From: Octopus sinensis
Lineage: Eukaryota
Reading direction: 5' to 3'
Assembly (NCBI RefSeq): GCF_006345805.1
Contig: NC_042998.1
Span: 145,080,001-145,144,000, forward strand
Length of the DNA: 64,000 nt
In this document: in pieces, positions 40,520 to 54,584 of the stretch
Layout of the letters: each line of letters starts with the position of its first letter
Numbering within the stretch: position 1 is the stretch's first letter
Position numbers and translations under genes: made by a program
The notes under the pieces: model-generated
Seen by the model: the letters and a program-made list of their open reading frames with translations, nothing else
The model's database searches: none
Told to the model about the DNA's origin: nothing

Positions 40520-41525
40520 CGCATTCACTCTCACTAATTCTCACATGCATTCACTCACTCTCATGCATTCACTCACTTGATCTCACGCATTCTCTCACTC
40601 TCTTGATCTCACGCATTCTCTCACTCAATCTCAATCATTCACTCATTCACTCACTCGCTCGACCTCATGCGTTCACTCACGCACTCGGCCTCATGCATTC
40701 ACTCACTTGCTCAACCTCACCCATTCACTCAATCACTTGACCTCACACATTGTCACTTGATCTCACATATTCACTCACTCGATTTCACCCATTTTCTCAC
40801 TCACTCGATTTCATGCATTTTCTCACTCAATCTCACTCATTCTCTCACTCACTCAATCTCACTCATTCTCTCACTCACTCAATCTCACTCATTCTCTCAC
40901 TCACTCATCCACTCAATCTCATGCATTCACTCATCCACTCAATCTCATGCATTCACTCATCCACTCAATATCATGCATTCACTCATCCACTCAATCTCAT
41001 GCATTCACTCATCCACTCAATCTCATGCATTCACTCATCCACTCAATCTCATGCATTCACTCATCCACTCAATCTCATGCATTCACTCATCCACTCAATC
41101 TCATGCATTCACTCATCCACTCAATCTCATGCATTCACTCATCCACTCAATCTCATGCATTCACTCATCCACTCAATCTCATGCATTCACTCATCCACTC
41201 AATCTCATGCATTCACTCATCCACTCAATCTCATGCATTCACTCATCCACTCAATCTCATGCATTCACTCATCCACTCAATCTCATGCATTCACTCATCC
41301 ACTCAATCTCATGCATTCACTCATCCACTCAATCTCATGCATTCACTCATCCACTCAATCTCATGCATTCACTCATCCACTCAATCTCATGCATTCACTC
41401 ATCCACTCAATCTCACGCATTCTCTCACTCACTCACATGCAGTCACTCACTCTATCTCATGCATTTACTCACCTGATCTCACGCATTCACTCACTCACTT
41501 GATCTCACGCATTCACTTACTGACA
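40520..41525. repeat. Minisatellite: 26-bp unit CACTCATCCACTCAATCTCATGCATT, ~20 near-identical copies (~40900-41420) with degenerate flanks
   Basis: Directly visible; explains the His/Ser-rich ORFs in all three + frames. Confidence 0.95.
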
Positions 41526-41695
41526 CCCATACCCACAAAGGCTTGCACACATGCTCTTGTACATGCATGCATATTCATTTATATACATGCATATACACTA
41601 ACATGGAAATTCATGTATATGTCTGCACACTTACACGTGCAAATGGACACAGTCTCATGCACACATATAACTATCATTTGTTTTGTTATTTCTAG

Positions 41696-41908
41696 GTGTA
41701 AGCTGTTACTCCCGACATCTTGATTATGCCAGGTTTCGGAAGATCAGCAATTCTGTTGACTGTCTCCTGATGGCAGATATGGCACACATCAGTGGCTTGG
41801 TGGCTGCTGGTGTGGTCCCTAGTCCTTTTGAACATTGTGATATTGTTACCACTACAACACACAAATCCCTCAGAGGTCCTCGATCAGGGATGATTTTTTA
41901 CAGAAAAG
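41696..41908 (+). CDS. SHMT: SHMT coding exon 3 (contains the PLP-binding lysine)
   Basis: (G)[16 protein letters not shown]...[20 protein letters not shown]...[20 protein letters not shown](G); Lys codon 41863-41865. ttctAG / GTgagt; 213 nt. Confidence 0.97.
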
Positions 41909-42162
41909 GTGAGTTTCTGTTTCCTTTCTGGTTTCCACTCCTGATTTTGCAGTTTATAATAAGGAAGAACGGCAAAATGCAGAGCTTATACAGGATCTCT
42001 TGGAGTTACTCTTCTACTTGAGTTATCTGCCAGTTACTATCTTAAGGGAAAATGTGAGTTCTGGGTGGTTGCAGTTTATGAAATACAGATTGATTGGAAA
42101 ATGTGTTGCATGTAGGGCATAGAGGAAGGACAAATGTCAAATTAGTTGGGCAAATAGCAATA

Positions 42163-42600
42163 ATGGTTTCAAATTTTGGCACAAGGCCAGCAGTTTCTGG
42201 GGAGTGGGTAAGTCAATTACATTGACCCCAGTGCTCAATGCGTACTTATTTTATTGACCTTGAAAGGACAAAAGGCAAGGTTGATCCTCGCAGAATTTGA
42301 ACTCAGAATGTATGGCTGGGTGAAATACTACTAAGCATTTTGCCCAGTGTGCTAACAATTCTGCCAGGTCACCATCTTAATAATAATAATTTTTTCTATT
42401 ATAAGGACAAGGCCTAACATTTTAGGGGAGGGGCTGCTTAATTACATTGATCCCAGTACTTGACTGGTACTTGTTTCATTGACCCTGAAATGATGAAAGG
42501 CAAAGTTAATCTTGGCAGAATTTGAACTCAGAAAGTAAGACCCAGAAGAAATGCCATTAAGCATTTTGTCTAGTGTGCTAACTATTCTGCTAGTTACTTT
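42163..42600 (-). mobile_element. Two adjacent SINEs with a Meta-domain-like core; other copies ~6745-6860, 17652-17855, 19385-19720, 22885-23020, 23520-23695, 26295-26430, 30550-30690, 47843-48025
   Basis: Recurring gttctgagttcaaat...tt.gccttt.atc.tttc.gggtc.ataaa.taagtac core, resembling the MetaSINE Meta domain (family assignment from memory). Confidence 0.7.
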
Positions 42601-42919
42601 CAGAAAAGTATAAAAGAGGAGATAGAAACCAGACATAAATTAAGTAAAGAAGATAGCAATGAAAGCTAGAAGTACATGCAGAGTACACAGAATTGAACAA
42701 AAAGACATAAAAGTGAACAGTAAAAGAGCCCTAAAAAGGAAAGTATACATTGGCTTGTCAGAAGTAGTTTTAGCAAAGTTTGGGGAGCATAGAATTTTTG
42801 AAGGATGTTGTCTCTGAAAAGCTAACAACTGACACAAGTAGTTTATTCCATGCTTTAACAATTCTGAGCTTGAAAAATTATTTCTGAAAATTATGGATGC
42901 TGTACTGTTTTTTTCTTGC

Positions 42920-43800
42920 TTTGATTTTGTCTATGAGTTCTAGAGATATTGAATTTAAAAAGGTAGCCAGTTGTTGGAAAGATGGTGGATAATCTTGTGG
43001 GCCTCTCGCTGTAATTTTAGTGTGTTGATACCCAGAGAAGCAATACATTCAAGATATGACAGAAGGTATCAATCTGGTTGCAGCTGCATGTCTTTACACA
43101 GTTTGCAGCAGATTTACATGCTTTGGTTCATTTACTGCGATTACAGTAATCATTTGCCATATTCACCTATCGTGCCCTCAGTACATCACAGATTTTTCTG
43201 GCTAATATATGTAAATTTATATTGCAGACTCCTCAGTATATTGCAGGTTTCTGCAGCCGATAGGTATTTATACTTGTTTAGATTTGAATTATTTCTGTGG
43301 TAAAATAAGCATTTTCATGCCTAAAAATCAATAAATTAATAAATAAAAATATAGTATGGTACTGCACTGTATAATACATTAATTAAGATATATTAAAAGA
43401 AAATACGTAGTGTGCTGTAGATGAATAAACGAAGAATCACACATACTGTATTGAAAATGAAACTTGGGAGGCAAGTGTGTGATGTTTTGCATTTGTGTGT
43501 AAAATTGTGAATTTAAGCCCTACGCTGTTGCTCAAACGTTCTGCACCTTCTAAGGCTTCTGGCTGTGAACCCAAGTACAGCGAAGGTGAGACTCCTCGAC
43601 ATGAAAAAAAAAGAGAAGACACGGGTACTCCTAAGAGTGTGGGAGAGAGTTTTTAAAAGCTTAAATGTATAAAAATAAAAAAATAAATATATATAAATTA
43701 TAAAATGATAAAATATACAGTTCTGCCTCTACTTAGTGGATTTTTACCTATTGTGGCGATTTTGGAACGTAACACCTGCAATAGTTGAGGGATTACTCTA
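42920..43800. mobile_element. Tigger/pogo-like DNA transposon 3' fragment
   Basis: Ends in ttttggaacgtaacacctgcaatagttgagggattact-cta, resembling a CAGTA-type TIR; left TIR not found and left boundary is a guess. Confidence 0.5.
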
Positions 43801-46800
43801 GTGTCTAAAACCAGCACTGAATTGAAGAATATAGTGGATGGAGATATAAGTTTAGTATTTTTATTATTATTCCTTTCATTTCTTGGATATGTTATGGGAA
43901 TATTTAATTAATCTTTGGTTTTGACTGGTATTTTATTTTATTGACCCTCAAAGGATGAAAACAATGTTGATCTCGACAGGATTTGAACAGCCAATTTATT
44001 TTCATTATTTGTATTACACCAGCCCTTAAAAAATCTCTTTTTATAATTTGATTTTCTTAGATCTCTATCTGCTTGTGACCTCTGTATCTGTTACTGCACA
44101 TCTTGTCTCTCCTCCATTTCACATCATCCCTGCATGGTGACCTCATTAGCACAGGTGGCACAAAAAAAAAAAAGCATCCAGTACATGCTGTAAAGTGGTT
44201 AGTGTTAGGAAGGGTATCCAGCCATAGAAAACATGCTAAAGATGGTGGGGCATGATGCAATCCTTGGATCTGTTGGATTATGTTAAACTGTAAAAATCAT
44301 GTCTGCATGGAACAAAGACATTAAATGTTGTTCCTCTTCCTTTTTGACTTACTTTTCTGTTCCTTTACCTTTCCTCTCATACTGAGATTCACTCTTGAAT
44401 GTGTCTCCACCCATATTCACCATTCACTACATTCTATCCCCATCTCTGTCAATCATTTTCCTTTCACAGTCTTGTGAACCTACCCACCCAACCATCCTCA
44501 ATTATCAGTCCCTATCCTCTCTTTATCCACCTTGTACCATGAATGTACATCCTAAACCCATATCTCCATTCCTTTGGAGTAGCTATGTGTCTCCTCTACA
44601 GCAAGGCCCTTGCTCCTGTCCCTCTACCATACTTTAGCTTCTCAACACACTGTGCAAAACCACCTCACTCAGTAGTGCACCCCCACTCAGGCTGCATAGT
44701 GAACTCACTAGTGTTGACATCATGAAATAAGCACAGTACACTTTATAAAATGGTTGGTATTAGGAAGGGTATGTAGCCATAGTAACCATGCCAAAGCAGA
44801 TATCTGAGTTCAGTGCAGTCCTCTGGCTCATTGGATCCTGCTGAACCATCCAACCCATGTGAATATGGAATCACCATCAGCATTTCCATGCTGGCATGGG
44901 TTAGACGGTTTGACTGGAACTGGTAAGCCAGAGATATGCATCAGGCTCCAGTCTGTTTGGGTTTAGTTTCTACTGCTAGATGCCTTTCCTAATGCCAGCC
45001 ACTCCATAAAGTGTACTGGGTGCTTCTTATGTGTCACTGACTCGGGTGCCTTTCACGTGTCACTGGCATGGATGCTTTTACATGTTACCAGCATGATTGC
45101 CTCTTACATGTTACCAGAATACAAACATTAAATGATAATGATAGTGTTGGTGATTAAAATGCTTCCAACAGATTTGAACCCTGAACTTTGTTCAGAATTC
45201 TGATTACTCAGCCACTTTACCAATGTTCCACTGTCAGTTATCAAATTGGTAGTCATTCTTTTAGTTTTGTTAAAAATAAAACCAAAATTACCTCTTTGTT
45301 ATGTAGCACTCTACATCTGCCGCCTCTTTGTAGTTCGTTTGTTTAATGAGAGGAAAAGAAAAATGTACTTAAAAAGTTGAAAGAAAACCTCAGTTGAAAA
45401 GAATAAAATATAAAGAAAATAACTTGTGTGTGTGAAAAACGTTTACATGCATGCTTGTGTGTGTCAGTGTGTGCAGAATGCATGCTTGTGTGCATATAGT
45501 GTTTGTAAGTGTGTGTGATTATTTGGTAGCATAGTGGATTAAAAAAATATGCAAGTTACTACCATTGATGCTGGTGGGGATGGTGGTGGTGGTTGTGATT
45601 GAGTGGTAGTGGTATTAGTGATGATGATCATGGTTATGATATTGATAATGATGTAGTTCTTCTTTACTTCAAGTTTCCTTTTGGCATGAATGAATATTTT
45701 CTTTGAACACTTCAGATTTTGATTTGCAGGAATATTTTAAGAAGTTAGTTGTCTTTAATTAGTTTCACTTATAAACCAGCAATTGTCATATTATATAAAT
45801 ACATTGTATTGTTTAGCCTTAGGCCAAAAATAATCAACTAATAATGAAACAAAACTTGCTTTCACACATTTTATTCAGAGAACACCTTGCACTTTCATCA
45901 CTACTGATTTAATGCAGTGTTTTTCAACAATTTTATTTAATGGCAGCACCCTGCAGTCATCTAACATCTTAATCTGTAGCATCTCTACTTATAAAATTTC
46001 TATGGAATTTTTAGCATGCTTGAATGAAGAATATGTATAGTTTACTTTTGTAAATCTTTAAAATCTTGTGGTTTCTTTGTAACTCTTTTGTTACTATATA
46101 TCTGTTGAAATACTGTCTTGCAGTTAATTCTGAAAGTAATGAATTTAGTAAAATAACTTTGTCATTATTAAACTGTTTTGATATTAGGTTTTAATTTAGA
46201 ACACTTTAACCCTTTTGATACCAACCTGCCTGAAACCACCATTGTTTTTATGGTACAAACTTCATGTTAGATTATGTTCCAAACACCAGCTTCATAATGA
46301 CAAAGATATTTTACTAAATTCTTCATTACTTTCAAAATTAATTGAAACAAAGGCAGAAATAACAAAGGTAACAGAAGTGTTAAAACAGAAAGTTTGTAGC
46401 ATAGAACCAAGTGTGGTCTCAGGTGGGTTGGTATCGAAAGTATTAAGCTTTGGCACTTTGCTCCAGTTCCAAGTAGATTTTCTCTGATACCAATCTTTTG
46501 GGATATTATCAGATGTTCTAGTGCCTATTTCTGAAAACTAAATGAGTAGTAGAATGAATAAGTTAGGATTATATAAGATTAAATATATTGTCCATAGATA
46601 CAGAAAACTTCCCATTTCAGATTTGATTTGAAAGCCCTATGCCATATATTATTGGCTATTTTGCTTCTAATTTGGAAGAAAGTGGTTGCATTCAGTATTT
46701 TCTTCAGAAATCTCCAGAAACTCTAGAGAGGCAAATGTATGGAATAATAAGATTGCAAGCTGTCTGAAATGTGGTATCTGTTTTTTTTAGTCAATCAGAC

Positions 46801-47339
46801 TGAAATGAAATGTGTCATGTAGCTTTATCATGTGACATAACCTAACTATTGCAGTTAATAATTAACTCATATACTTGCAGCTTTTTATTAAATTTTTAAA
46901 ACCACTGCTACTGCACCTCATATATAAATGTGTGTATGCGTGTGGGTGCATGTGCACACACATACATATGGCAGTGTGGTAGTGAAAGCACATGTGTTTA
47001 GTGTTGGGCTCACAATCATGAGGTGAGGTCGATTCCTGAACCAGGCTATAGTATGACACTATAGCATGACACTGATAGGAACATGTTCTTGAGCATGTCT
47101 CTATCAGCTCGCCGCCTCATGTCTGTTTGTCGTGAGCATCCACGGCAAAAGAGGATGACCCTGGTCTTCTTTCCCTCACTTCCTCTCTCACCCCTTACTG
47201 TTCTGGTCATGTCCCTTGACCAATGACGTCACAGCCCTTTCCTTCTGGCTCAGAACCATGTTTCCATCAACACTGACACCTCCAAGATGGTTGATCGCAT
47301 CCATCTTCATGTCAGTTCAGTCTACCACATGGTCAAGTA

Positions 47340-47781
47340 ATTGGCGGAAGTAGTGCTGCCCTGTATCAAGTGGATGGCTCTGGAAGACGCTTGTCTGGCA
47401 ACAGGACTCTGTACCATGCCACACAAGCAGGAGAACCCAGTCATGGCAGTCAGACAATTTCTGTGACCACATCACCTCTAACATCTAGCCACCTAACTCC
47501 CCAGACTGCAACCTCCTTGTAACACCAAAGATGAACTGAAGGCAAGGATTATGGCAGCATTCACCAACTTAAACAAGGAGACCGTCCAGAAGAGTTGCAG
47601 GAGATTCCGAAATTATTTGGAGGTAGTAGTTGAAGCCAAAGGCAATTTTATTGAACAATATAGTCTTCAGTATTACAAGATATTTTTATGTAATTTATAG
47701 TAAGTATATGTTAAAATGAGATGTCAGTGTTATTTTCATTTTTGTGTAATTTAGATGACAGTTTATTCACCACACCCTGTA
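47340..47781 (+). mobile_element. Tc1/mariner (maT/DD37D-like) transposase 3' relic with right TIR
   Basis: VWQQDSVPCHTSRRTQSW...I*PPNSPDCN...NTKDELKARIMAAF...SCRRFRNYLEVVVEAKGNFIE; ends caccacaccctg-TA. Confidence 0.8.
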
Positions 47782-48277
47782 TGTATGTGCCAGTGCATGA
47801 GACTCTCAGACCTTGAGTCACTTTGTTACTTCTGCTAAATATTGGTTTCAAATTTTGGCACAAGGCCAGCAATTTTGAGGAAAGTTGATTATCTCTACCC
47901 CAGTACTCGACTGGTATTTATTTTATCTATACTGGAAGGATGAAAGGCAAAGTTGACCTTTGCGGAAGTTGAACTCAGAACGTGAAGACAGGCGAAATGC
48001 TGATAATGCCAGCTCACCGCCTTACTTCTACTAAATATATATATATATATATCATCATCGTCGTCATTTAATGTCCACTTTCCATGCTGGCATGGGTTGG
48101 ATGGTTTGACTGAGGGCTGGCAAGCCAGAAGGCTGCACCAAGCTCCAATCTGATCTGGCAAAGTTTCTACAGCTGGATGTCTTTCCTAATGCCAACCACT
48201 CCAAGAGTGTAGTGGGTGCTTTTACGTGCCACCAGCATGAGGGCCAGTCAGGTGGTACTGGCAGCTATATATATATA

Positions 48278-48314
<37 letters not shown>

Positions 48315-48315
<1 letters not shown>

Positions 48316-48685
48316 TGTAAAAACCCATGTAATTTGTGCACCTGTGTAATTTACGCAGATGATGTTCAGGATATAATTTGTTACAAAAAAAGCTTCTACT
48401 TATGTAAAATTCACACCTAAAAGTTTTCAGAATTGCCGATATAGCCAAGGGAAAAAGGTTTCCAATTTAGTTGTATTTAGCATAATTTCACTTATACTTG
48501 TTTCAGTCATTTGACTGCAGCCATGCTGGAGCACCGCCTTTAGTCGAACAAATCAACCCCAGGACTTATTCTCTGTAAGCCTAGTACTTATTCTATTGGT
48601 CTCTTTTGCCGAACTGCTAAGTTACGGAGACGTAAACACACCAGCATCGGTTGTCAAACGATGTTGGTGGGGGTGACAAACACAG

Positions 48686-48766
<81 letters not shown>

Positions 48767-49813
48767 TGTATGTATGTATGTATATACGACTGGCTTCTTT
48801 CAGTTTCTGTCTACCATATCTACTCACTAGGCTCTGGTCGGCCTGAGGCTATAGTAGAAAACACTTGCCCAAGTGGGACTGAACCCGTAACCATGCGGTT
48901 GGTAAGCAAGCTACTTACCACACAGCCACTCCTAGATTTTATTAAATTTCCTTTAAATAAAAATAATTTCTGTTTAACAGGTATCACATTAAAAGGTATT
49001 AAATTACAAAGTGTTTGTGATGTTTATAATAAATTCTATTTTACATTTCTTTCCCACAAGAGATTATGTCCGATCTTTAGCATACCGTTGTATGTCTTCT
49101 GAAATCATGATCACAGGAAAAGTTGTTAAGAATTACCAACAAAAACAAAGCTGATAAATACTCACAAATTAAGTTTAATTACCAATAAACATCAGCTTGG
49201 ATGACACTTTACTCAACCAACAGGGGAAGGTGACTGATCAAACTGATTATGTAAACAGAAATCTTTTCTGCCTATTTTTGTCCAAACCTGTGATACGGAG
49301 TCTTGAAATTTTAATCCTTTTCACACTTATAAAATGTCAAGCAAACCTTAAAATTTTCATTACCGTTATTGTCAGTATGGACAGAACTTATGAATCGTTT
49401 GCTGCGAAGGAGAAATTAAATATGTGCTCCACTGGAATAAGTAGAAACTCCAAGCAATGTAAAATATGACCAGACTGTGATTACCAGCATGAACTCCAGA
49501 CTTCAAAAACTAGTTAACCATTTAATGGTTTTAGTAAATTTATGCAGAAAAAGTAAGCATTATACTGTCCAGTAAAAATAAAGTCAACTTTATTATGCGA
49601 ATTTAAGCCATTATTTTTTTCTGTAAAAGCCTATTCTGACATTAAATGAGTCAACTTCCGGTATGAATTTTAATGTTTTGTATGTTTTTTTTTCAACAAA
49701 AACAATTAAAAAAAAATTCTGGAAATGATCTACTCATGTAATTTATGCACCTGTTAAAGTTTATTTTTATTTTTGCGAAAAAAAAAGTGTGTAAATTACG
49801 TGGCTTTTTATGG
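48315..49813. mobile_element. Non-autonomous Tc2/pogo-like element with a nested SINE; partial second copy at ~16880-17200
   Basis: Ends TA-ctgtaaaaacccatgtaattt / aaattacgtggctttttatgg; 49410-49730 matches 16895-17200. Confidence 0.65.
48497..48933 (-). mobile_element. tRNA-headed SINE with CORE-like 'ttgggcaagtg' segment and internal (CA)n; many other copies (e.g. 4515-4680, 9262-9420, 10268-10420, 23035-23415, 27535-28060, 34225-34630, 63805-63930)
   Basis: Head aggagtggctgtgtggtaagtagcttgc...gggttcagtccca; tail ggtgctccagcatggc.gcagtcaaatgactgaaacaag. Confidence 0.8.
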
Positions 49814-49980
49814 TGTATATATATATATATCTGTGTGTTTTGTTTAATTTATCAAGTCTCATTTCTTCTAATTGTGTATTTCCAAAATTTGTATGGTATT
49901 TTTAATATTTTACATATTTTATCCCAATCTTTGAAATAAGTGTGACAGCTTTTTCCTAATGGAATGTATTTATTCATCAG

Positions 49981-50094
49981 GTGTTCGAAAAGTCCTTAAA
50001 AATGGCAACAAGGTTATGTATGACCTCGAGAAGAAGATTAATGAAGCTATATTTCCTGGTTTACAAGGAGGCCCACATAATCACCAAATTGGAG
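49981..50094 (+). CDS. SHMT: SHMT coding exon 4 (absent from ORF track)
   Basis: Manual translation (G)[37 protein letters not shown] carries the FPGLQGGPH motif. ttcatcAG / GTaaga; 114 nt. Confidence 0.95.
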
Positions 50095-50472
50095 GTAAGA
50101 ATTTAGCCCTTTTGTTGCTATATTTCTCTTGAAATATACTTGACTTTGTATCTGTCAGTTTTGAAAATAATGATTTGATCAAAATAAATGAACTTGAATT
50201 TTAATGAGAGGTTTTAATTCAGATTGCTTCAAGGAAGTTTGTCTGATAGAACATAGAGTTTACTTAAGTTGTGTTTGCATTAAAAGAATTAAAAGAAAAA
50301 AAAAACATTGCTGAAATGATTATTGGTTTACTTAGATAATTTACTTGTCTTTTATTGTTAGGATCAACAAAAATGTATTTTATCCAGTGTGGAATAAATA
50401 TCATTTAATATTCATACGATTTAAATTCGAGCTACTAATAGTTTCATGTTGTGAAAACAATAAATTGTCAAG

Positions 50473-50512
<40 letters not shown>

Positions 50513-50918
50513 CAATCATTATTGGGAAGCTTTCCTGAAATATAATAGTCAATTAAACAATCCTTCTAGGGTGAGATAATATCTTGTCTTTGTCTTCATT
50601 TATTGGCATCACCATACATATTTTGCTGAACTTATCTGCAGTGCTTAATATTCTTCTTGAAAATATATCATTTACACTTTGCAGTGCTTCACACAAATTA
50701 CAGAACTCTTAAAAGATTAGATTTAAATGATTCAACCATGGTGAAAAAAGTATTAAATTGATTTTGTATAAATTTATCTTTTTAGCTGACTTTTAGCAAA
50801 TCCTTCTTAGCTGGACTGTTACTGCTAAAACTAAATAACATAAACCTTCTGTTTTCTATATTCATTTTACTTTTCAGCAAAACCTTGATAATATTGGAAT
50901 ATTTCTATTATTTTCTAG

Positions 50919-51041
50919 CATTGGCTGTTGCACTGAAGCAAGCTAAAACAGAAGAATTTGTTCAGTACCAAAAGCAAGTTCTGTGTAATGCTCATGTAAT
51001 GGCAGAAGAATTTATAGCACGAGGTTACACTCTGTCCACAG
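50919..51041 (+). CDS. SHMT: SHMT coding exon 5 (absent from ORF track)
   Basis: Manual translation (A)LAVALKQAKTEEFVQYQKQVLCNAHVMAEEFIARGYTLST(G). ttttctAG / GTatat; 123 nt. Confidence 0.95.
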
Positions 51042-52058
51042 GTATATCTTTTTAAAAAATTTGTTTTTTATTCCAAACCATTTTACACACATGGATATTT
51101 CTATTTGCATTACTTTTTGAGCAGAACTGACTGAACTGAACCCAGTAATGTTCATTATTTAAGGAGAATGTTTCTCATCTATTGATTAATCCATTAATCA
51201 GAACTAGTGGGATCCATGAATATTTTTTGTTTCTCTTATTATTTTAGTGTTGTGTAGCCATAGTTCACCTCTGGTTCAGCAAACCTATAATAAGCAGCTA
51301 GTCAGATGAATGAAGTAGCATAATTCTACTCAGTTATTCCATTGCGCTATATGCAAATTATGCTGCATATTCTAGCATAATGTTACAAATCATATGGGAT
51401 GCTGAGTGTGTGAACATGGTATAATCTCTATGCCAAGCTTGGACAACTTATTTGAGAAGCAGGCCGCATGAGACATGGCACATTATCTAGCAGGCTGCAC
51501 TACTAAAATTAAATTAAAGGTAATTTTTTTATTTAGGTCTGCTATTCAGAAGGGTCTTGTGGACTGCATGTTGCCCATATCTCTACTATACTGTCTTCTC
51601 TATTGTTGTTTACCCTCAGGTTGACATCATTCATCTGTTCATGCTGTGATCATCCTATCATTTTGTATATTTAGTCCTTCATTATACAATATGTGTAGCA
51701 CAATATGGCATGGCTGAACAGTTAAGAAGTTTGCTTTGCTACCCCAGTGTACTGGGTTCAATCCCACTGTATGGCAGCTTAGGCAAGTATCTAGAATGGC
51801 ACTTAATTCTCCTTTTCCTTTGTTGATTTAACTGTAGAAAATAAGTACCATATTTTTCTTTGAAAGTTACTTGTGATATGACTAATATTCCAGAATTATT
51901 TTTATGGATTCTCTAGAATCCATAAAAAAGATTTGATCATCACTGCCATAGCCATTATCATTGCCTCCATCACCACTACCTACCATTACACCACAACTAT
52001 CACGATCATCACTACTATCATCTTGTTAACTGTGTTTTTCTGTTTCTTTCCCTGCTAG

Positions 52059-52286
52059 GTGGCACTGAAAACCATTTAGTTCTTTTGGATTTACGTCCAA
52101 ATCAATTGGATGGTGCCTCTGTTGAAAGGATCCTTGAAGAGATAAATATTGCTGTCAATAAAAATACCTGCCCTGGGGACAAATCTGCCTTGAAACCCAG
52201 TGGTATACGTATTGGAGCTCCTGCCCTAACGTCACGAATGTTTAAAGAAAACGACTTCAAACAAGTTGTTGAATTTATGCATCAAG
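52059..52286 (+). CDS. SHMT: SHMT coding exon 6
   Basis: (G)[13 protein letters not shown]...[43 protein letters not shown](G). ccctgctAG / GTcagt; 228 nt. A final exon is still required downstream. Confidence 0.96.
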
Positions 52287-52537
52287 GTCAGTCTTTCAGT
52301 CATAATGTTTTTTTGTTAGTACAGGCATGGCCGTGTGGTTTTCCAATCACATGGTTTTGTATTCTGCCTCACTGCATAGTAAACTACTACAGACCTGGGT
52401 TGATCAAACCTTTGTGGGTGGATTCGATTTGGTTGACAGGAACTGAAATAAGCCTGTCAAGTATAAATGTGTTTGTGTGTGTTTATATATATCTGTGTGT
52501 GCATATATATGCATATATCTGTGTGTGTGTGTGTGTG

Positions 52538-52578
<41 letters not shown>

Positions 52579-53784
52579 CATCATTTGAATGTCCTTTTTT
52601 CCATGCTTGCATGAATCAGATGGAATTTGAGGCAGATTTTCTACAACTAGATACTCTTTCTCTCGCCGACCATAATCCTGATACTTTCTGATTGTTATCT
52701 TTATTAGTGATGTTGTCGTCACCATCTGTCGTCACTATCTTAACTGCCACTGTCATCGCTGTTGTCGTCTTAGTCATCGCTGTTGTCGTCTTACTCATCG
52801 CTGTTGTTGTCTTAGTCATTGCCATTGTCATCTTCAGTGACGTATAATTGCTTTAGTTGGTGTTAATACCTTTATCACAAGAAGCTTTGATACCCTATCA
52901 TTACTATCCAAATCACTCTTGCCTACTCACACACCCATCCACTTACAGCCATCTCTTATCTTGTGTTGCCACCTTCACAGTTTTATCATTGCTGTGACAC
53001 CCCCTCCTCTTTCCACACTTTATTCATTTTGAAATCGATGCCATATTCTTCGTTGTCATCACCGACCTTGACTGTTCTTTCCACCATCACCACTGCCACC
53101 ACTTCAATAAGTCCGTCACTGATGTTATCCATGTATTATTGTCATTAATTGTTGTTGCCATTAACACAATGGAGCTTTCCTCTACTTCCCTGTCACCACA
53201 TCACTCCTGCACTGTTGTGACTGACCATCACTGCTGCTCATTGTTTGGTTTGTCATCATCGTTAACAGATTTTAGTACACAAGAGGGAGTGCTGCAGTAA
53301 TTTTACTGAAAATGTTTGATTAACTTTTGCAGTCTTTCTGATAATCCAACACTTCATGTTCCCTTTCTTTATACGTTCCTGCTAATATTTTTATCCTTAT
53401 CTCTTTCTCCTCATCTTGTTCTCTGTCCATATTTTGTTGGTTTATAGTTTTTGTTGCTTTATATTTTGAAATTTATTTGTTATTTTATTCTCATGCTGGA
53501 GGAAAAAAAATAATAGACCAATGGGAGAAAGCCTGAACAATGGCACTTCAACCTGTTAGATAGTAACTAAACAGTCATAAACATCCTTAACACTTTTGTT
53601 ACCATATTTCTGTTGAAAGATGTTTTTTTACTTTGATTAATTTTTAAAATGATGAAAAATCTAAAGGTGGTCATGTGCTAAGAAGTTTGCTTCCCAACAA
53701 CATGGTTCCGGGTTCAGTCCCACTGCATGGCAACTTGGGGAAATGTCTTCTACAATAACCTCAGGCTAACCAAAGCCTTAGGTG

Positions 53785-54518
53785 TGGATATGTTTATATA
53801 TATGTATAAGTATGTATATGTATATATTTATGTATATGCATATGTATAAATATATATATATATATATATGTGTGTGTGTATATGTATATGTTTATGTGTG
53901 TGTGTATATGCATATGTTTGTATGTGTGTATATATGTATGTGTATATATGTGTGTATATATGTGTATATATATATGTATATATGTGTATATATATATATG
54001 TATATATGTGTATATATATGTGTATATATATGTGTATATATATATGTATATGTGTATATGTATATGTGTATATGTATGTGTATATATATGTGTATATGTG
54101 TATGTATATGTGTATATATATGTATATGTATATGTGTATATGTGTGTGTGTGTATATATGTGTGTGTATATATGTGTGTGTATATATGTGTGTGTATATA
54201 TGTGTGTGTATATATGTGTGTGTATATATGTGTGTGTATATATGTGTGTGTATATATGTGTGTATGTATATATGTGTGTATGTATATATGTGTGTATGTG
54301 TGTATGTGTATGTATGTGTATGTATGTGTGTATGTATGTGTGTATATATATGTGTGTGTATATATATATATGTGTGTATGTATGTATATATGTGTATGTA
54401 TGTGTGTATGTATATATGTATGTACGTATATATGCATACGTATATATGTATATATGTATGTACGTATGTATGTATGTATGTACGTATGTATGTATATATG
54501 TTTGTATATATATGTTTG

Positions 54519-54584
<66 letters not shown>

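Noticed and set aside
40667-41723. His/Ser-rich 250-270 aa ORFs
   Set aside because: Product of a stop-free 26-bp minisatellite open in all three frames.
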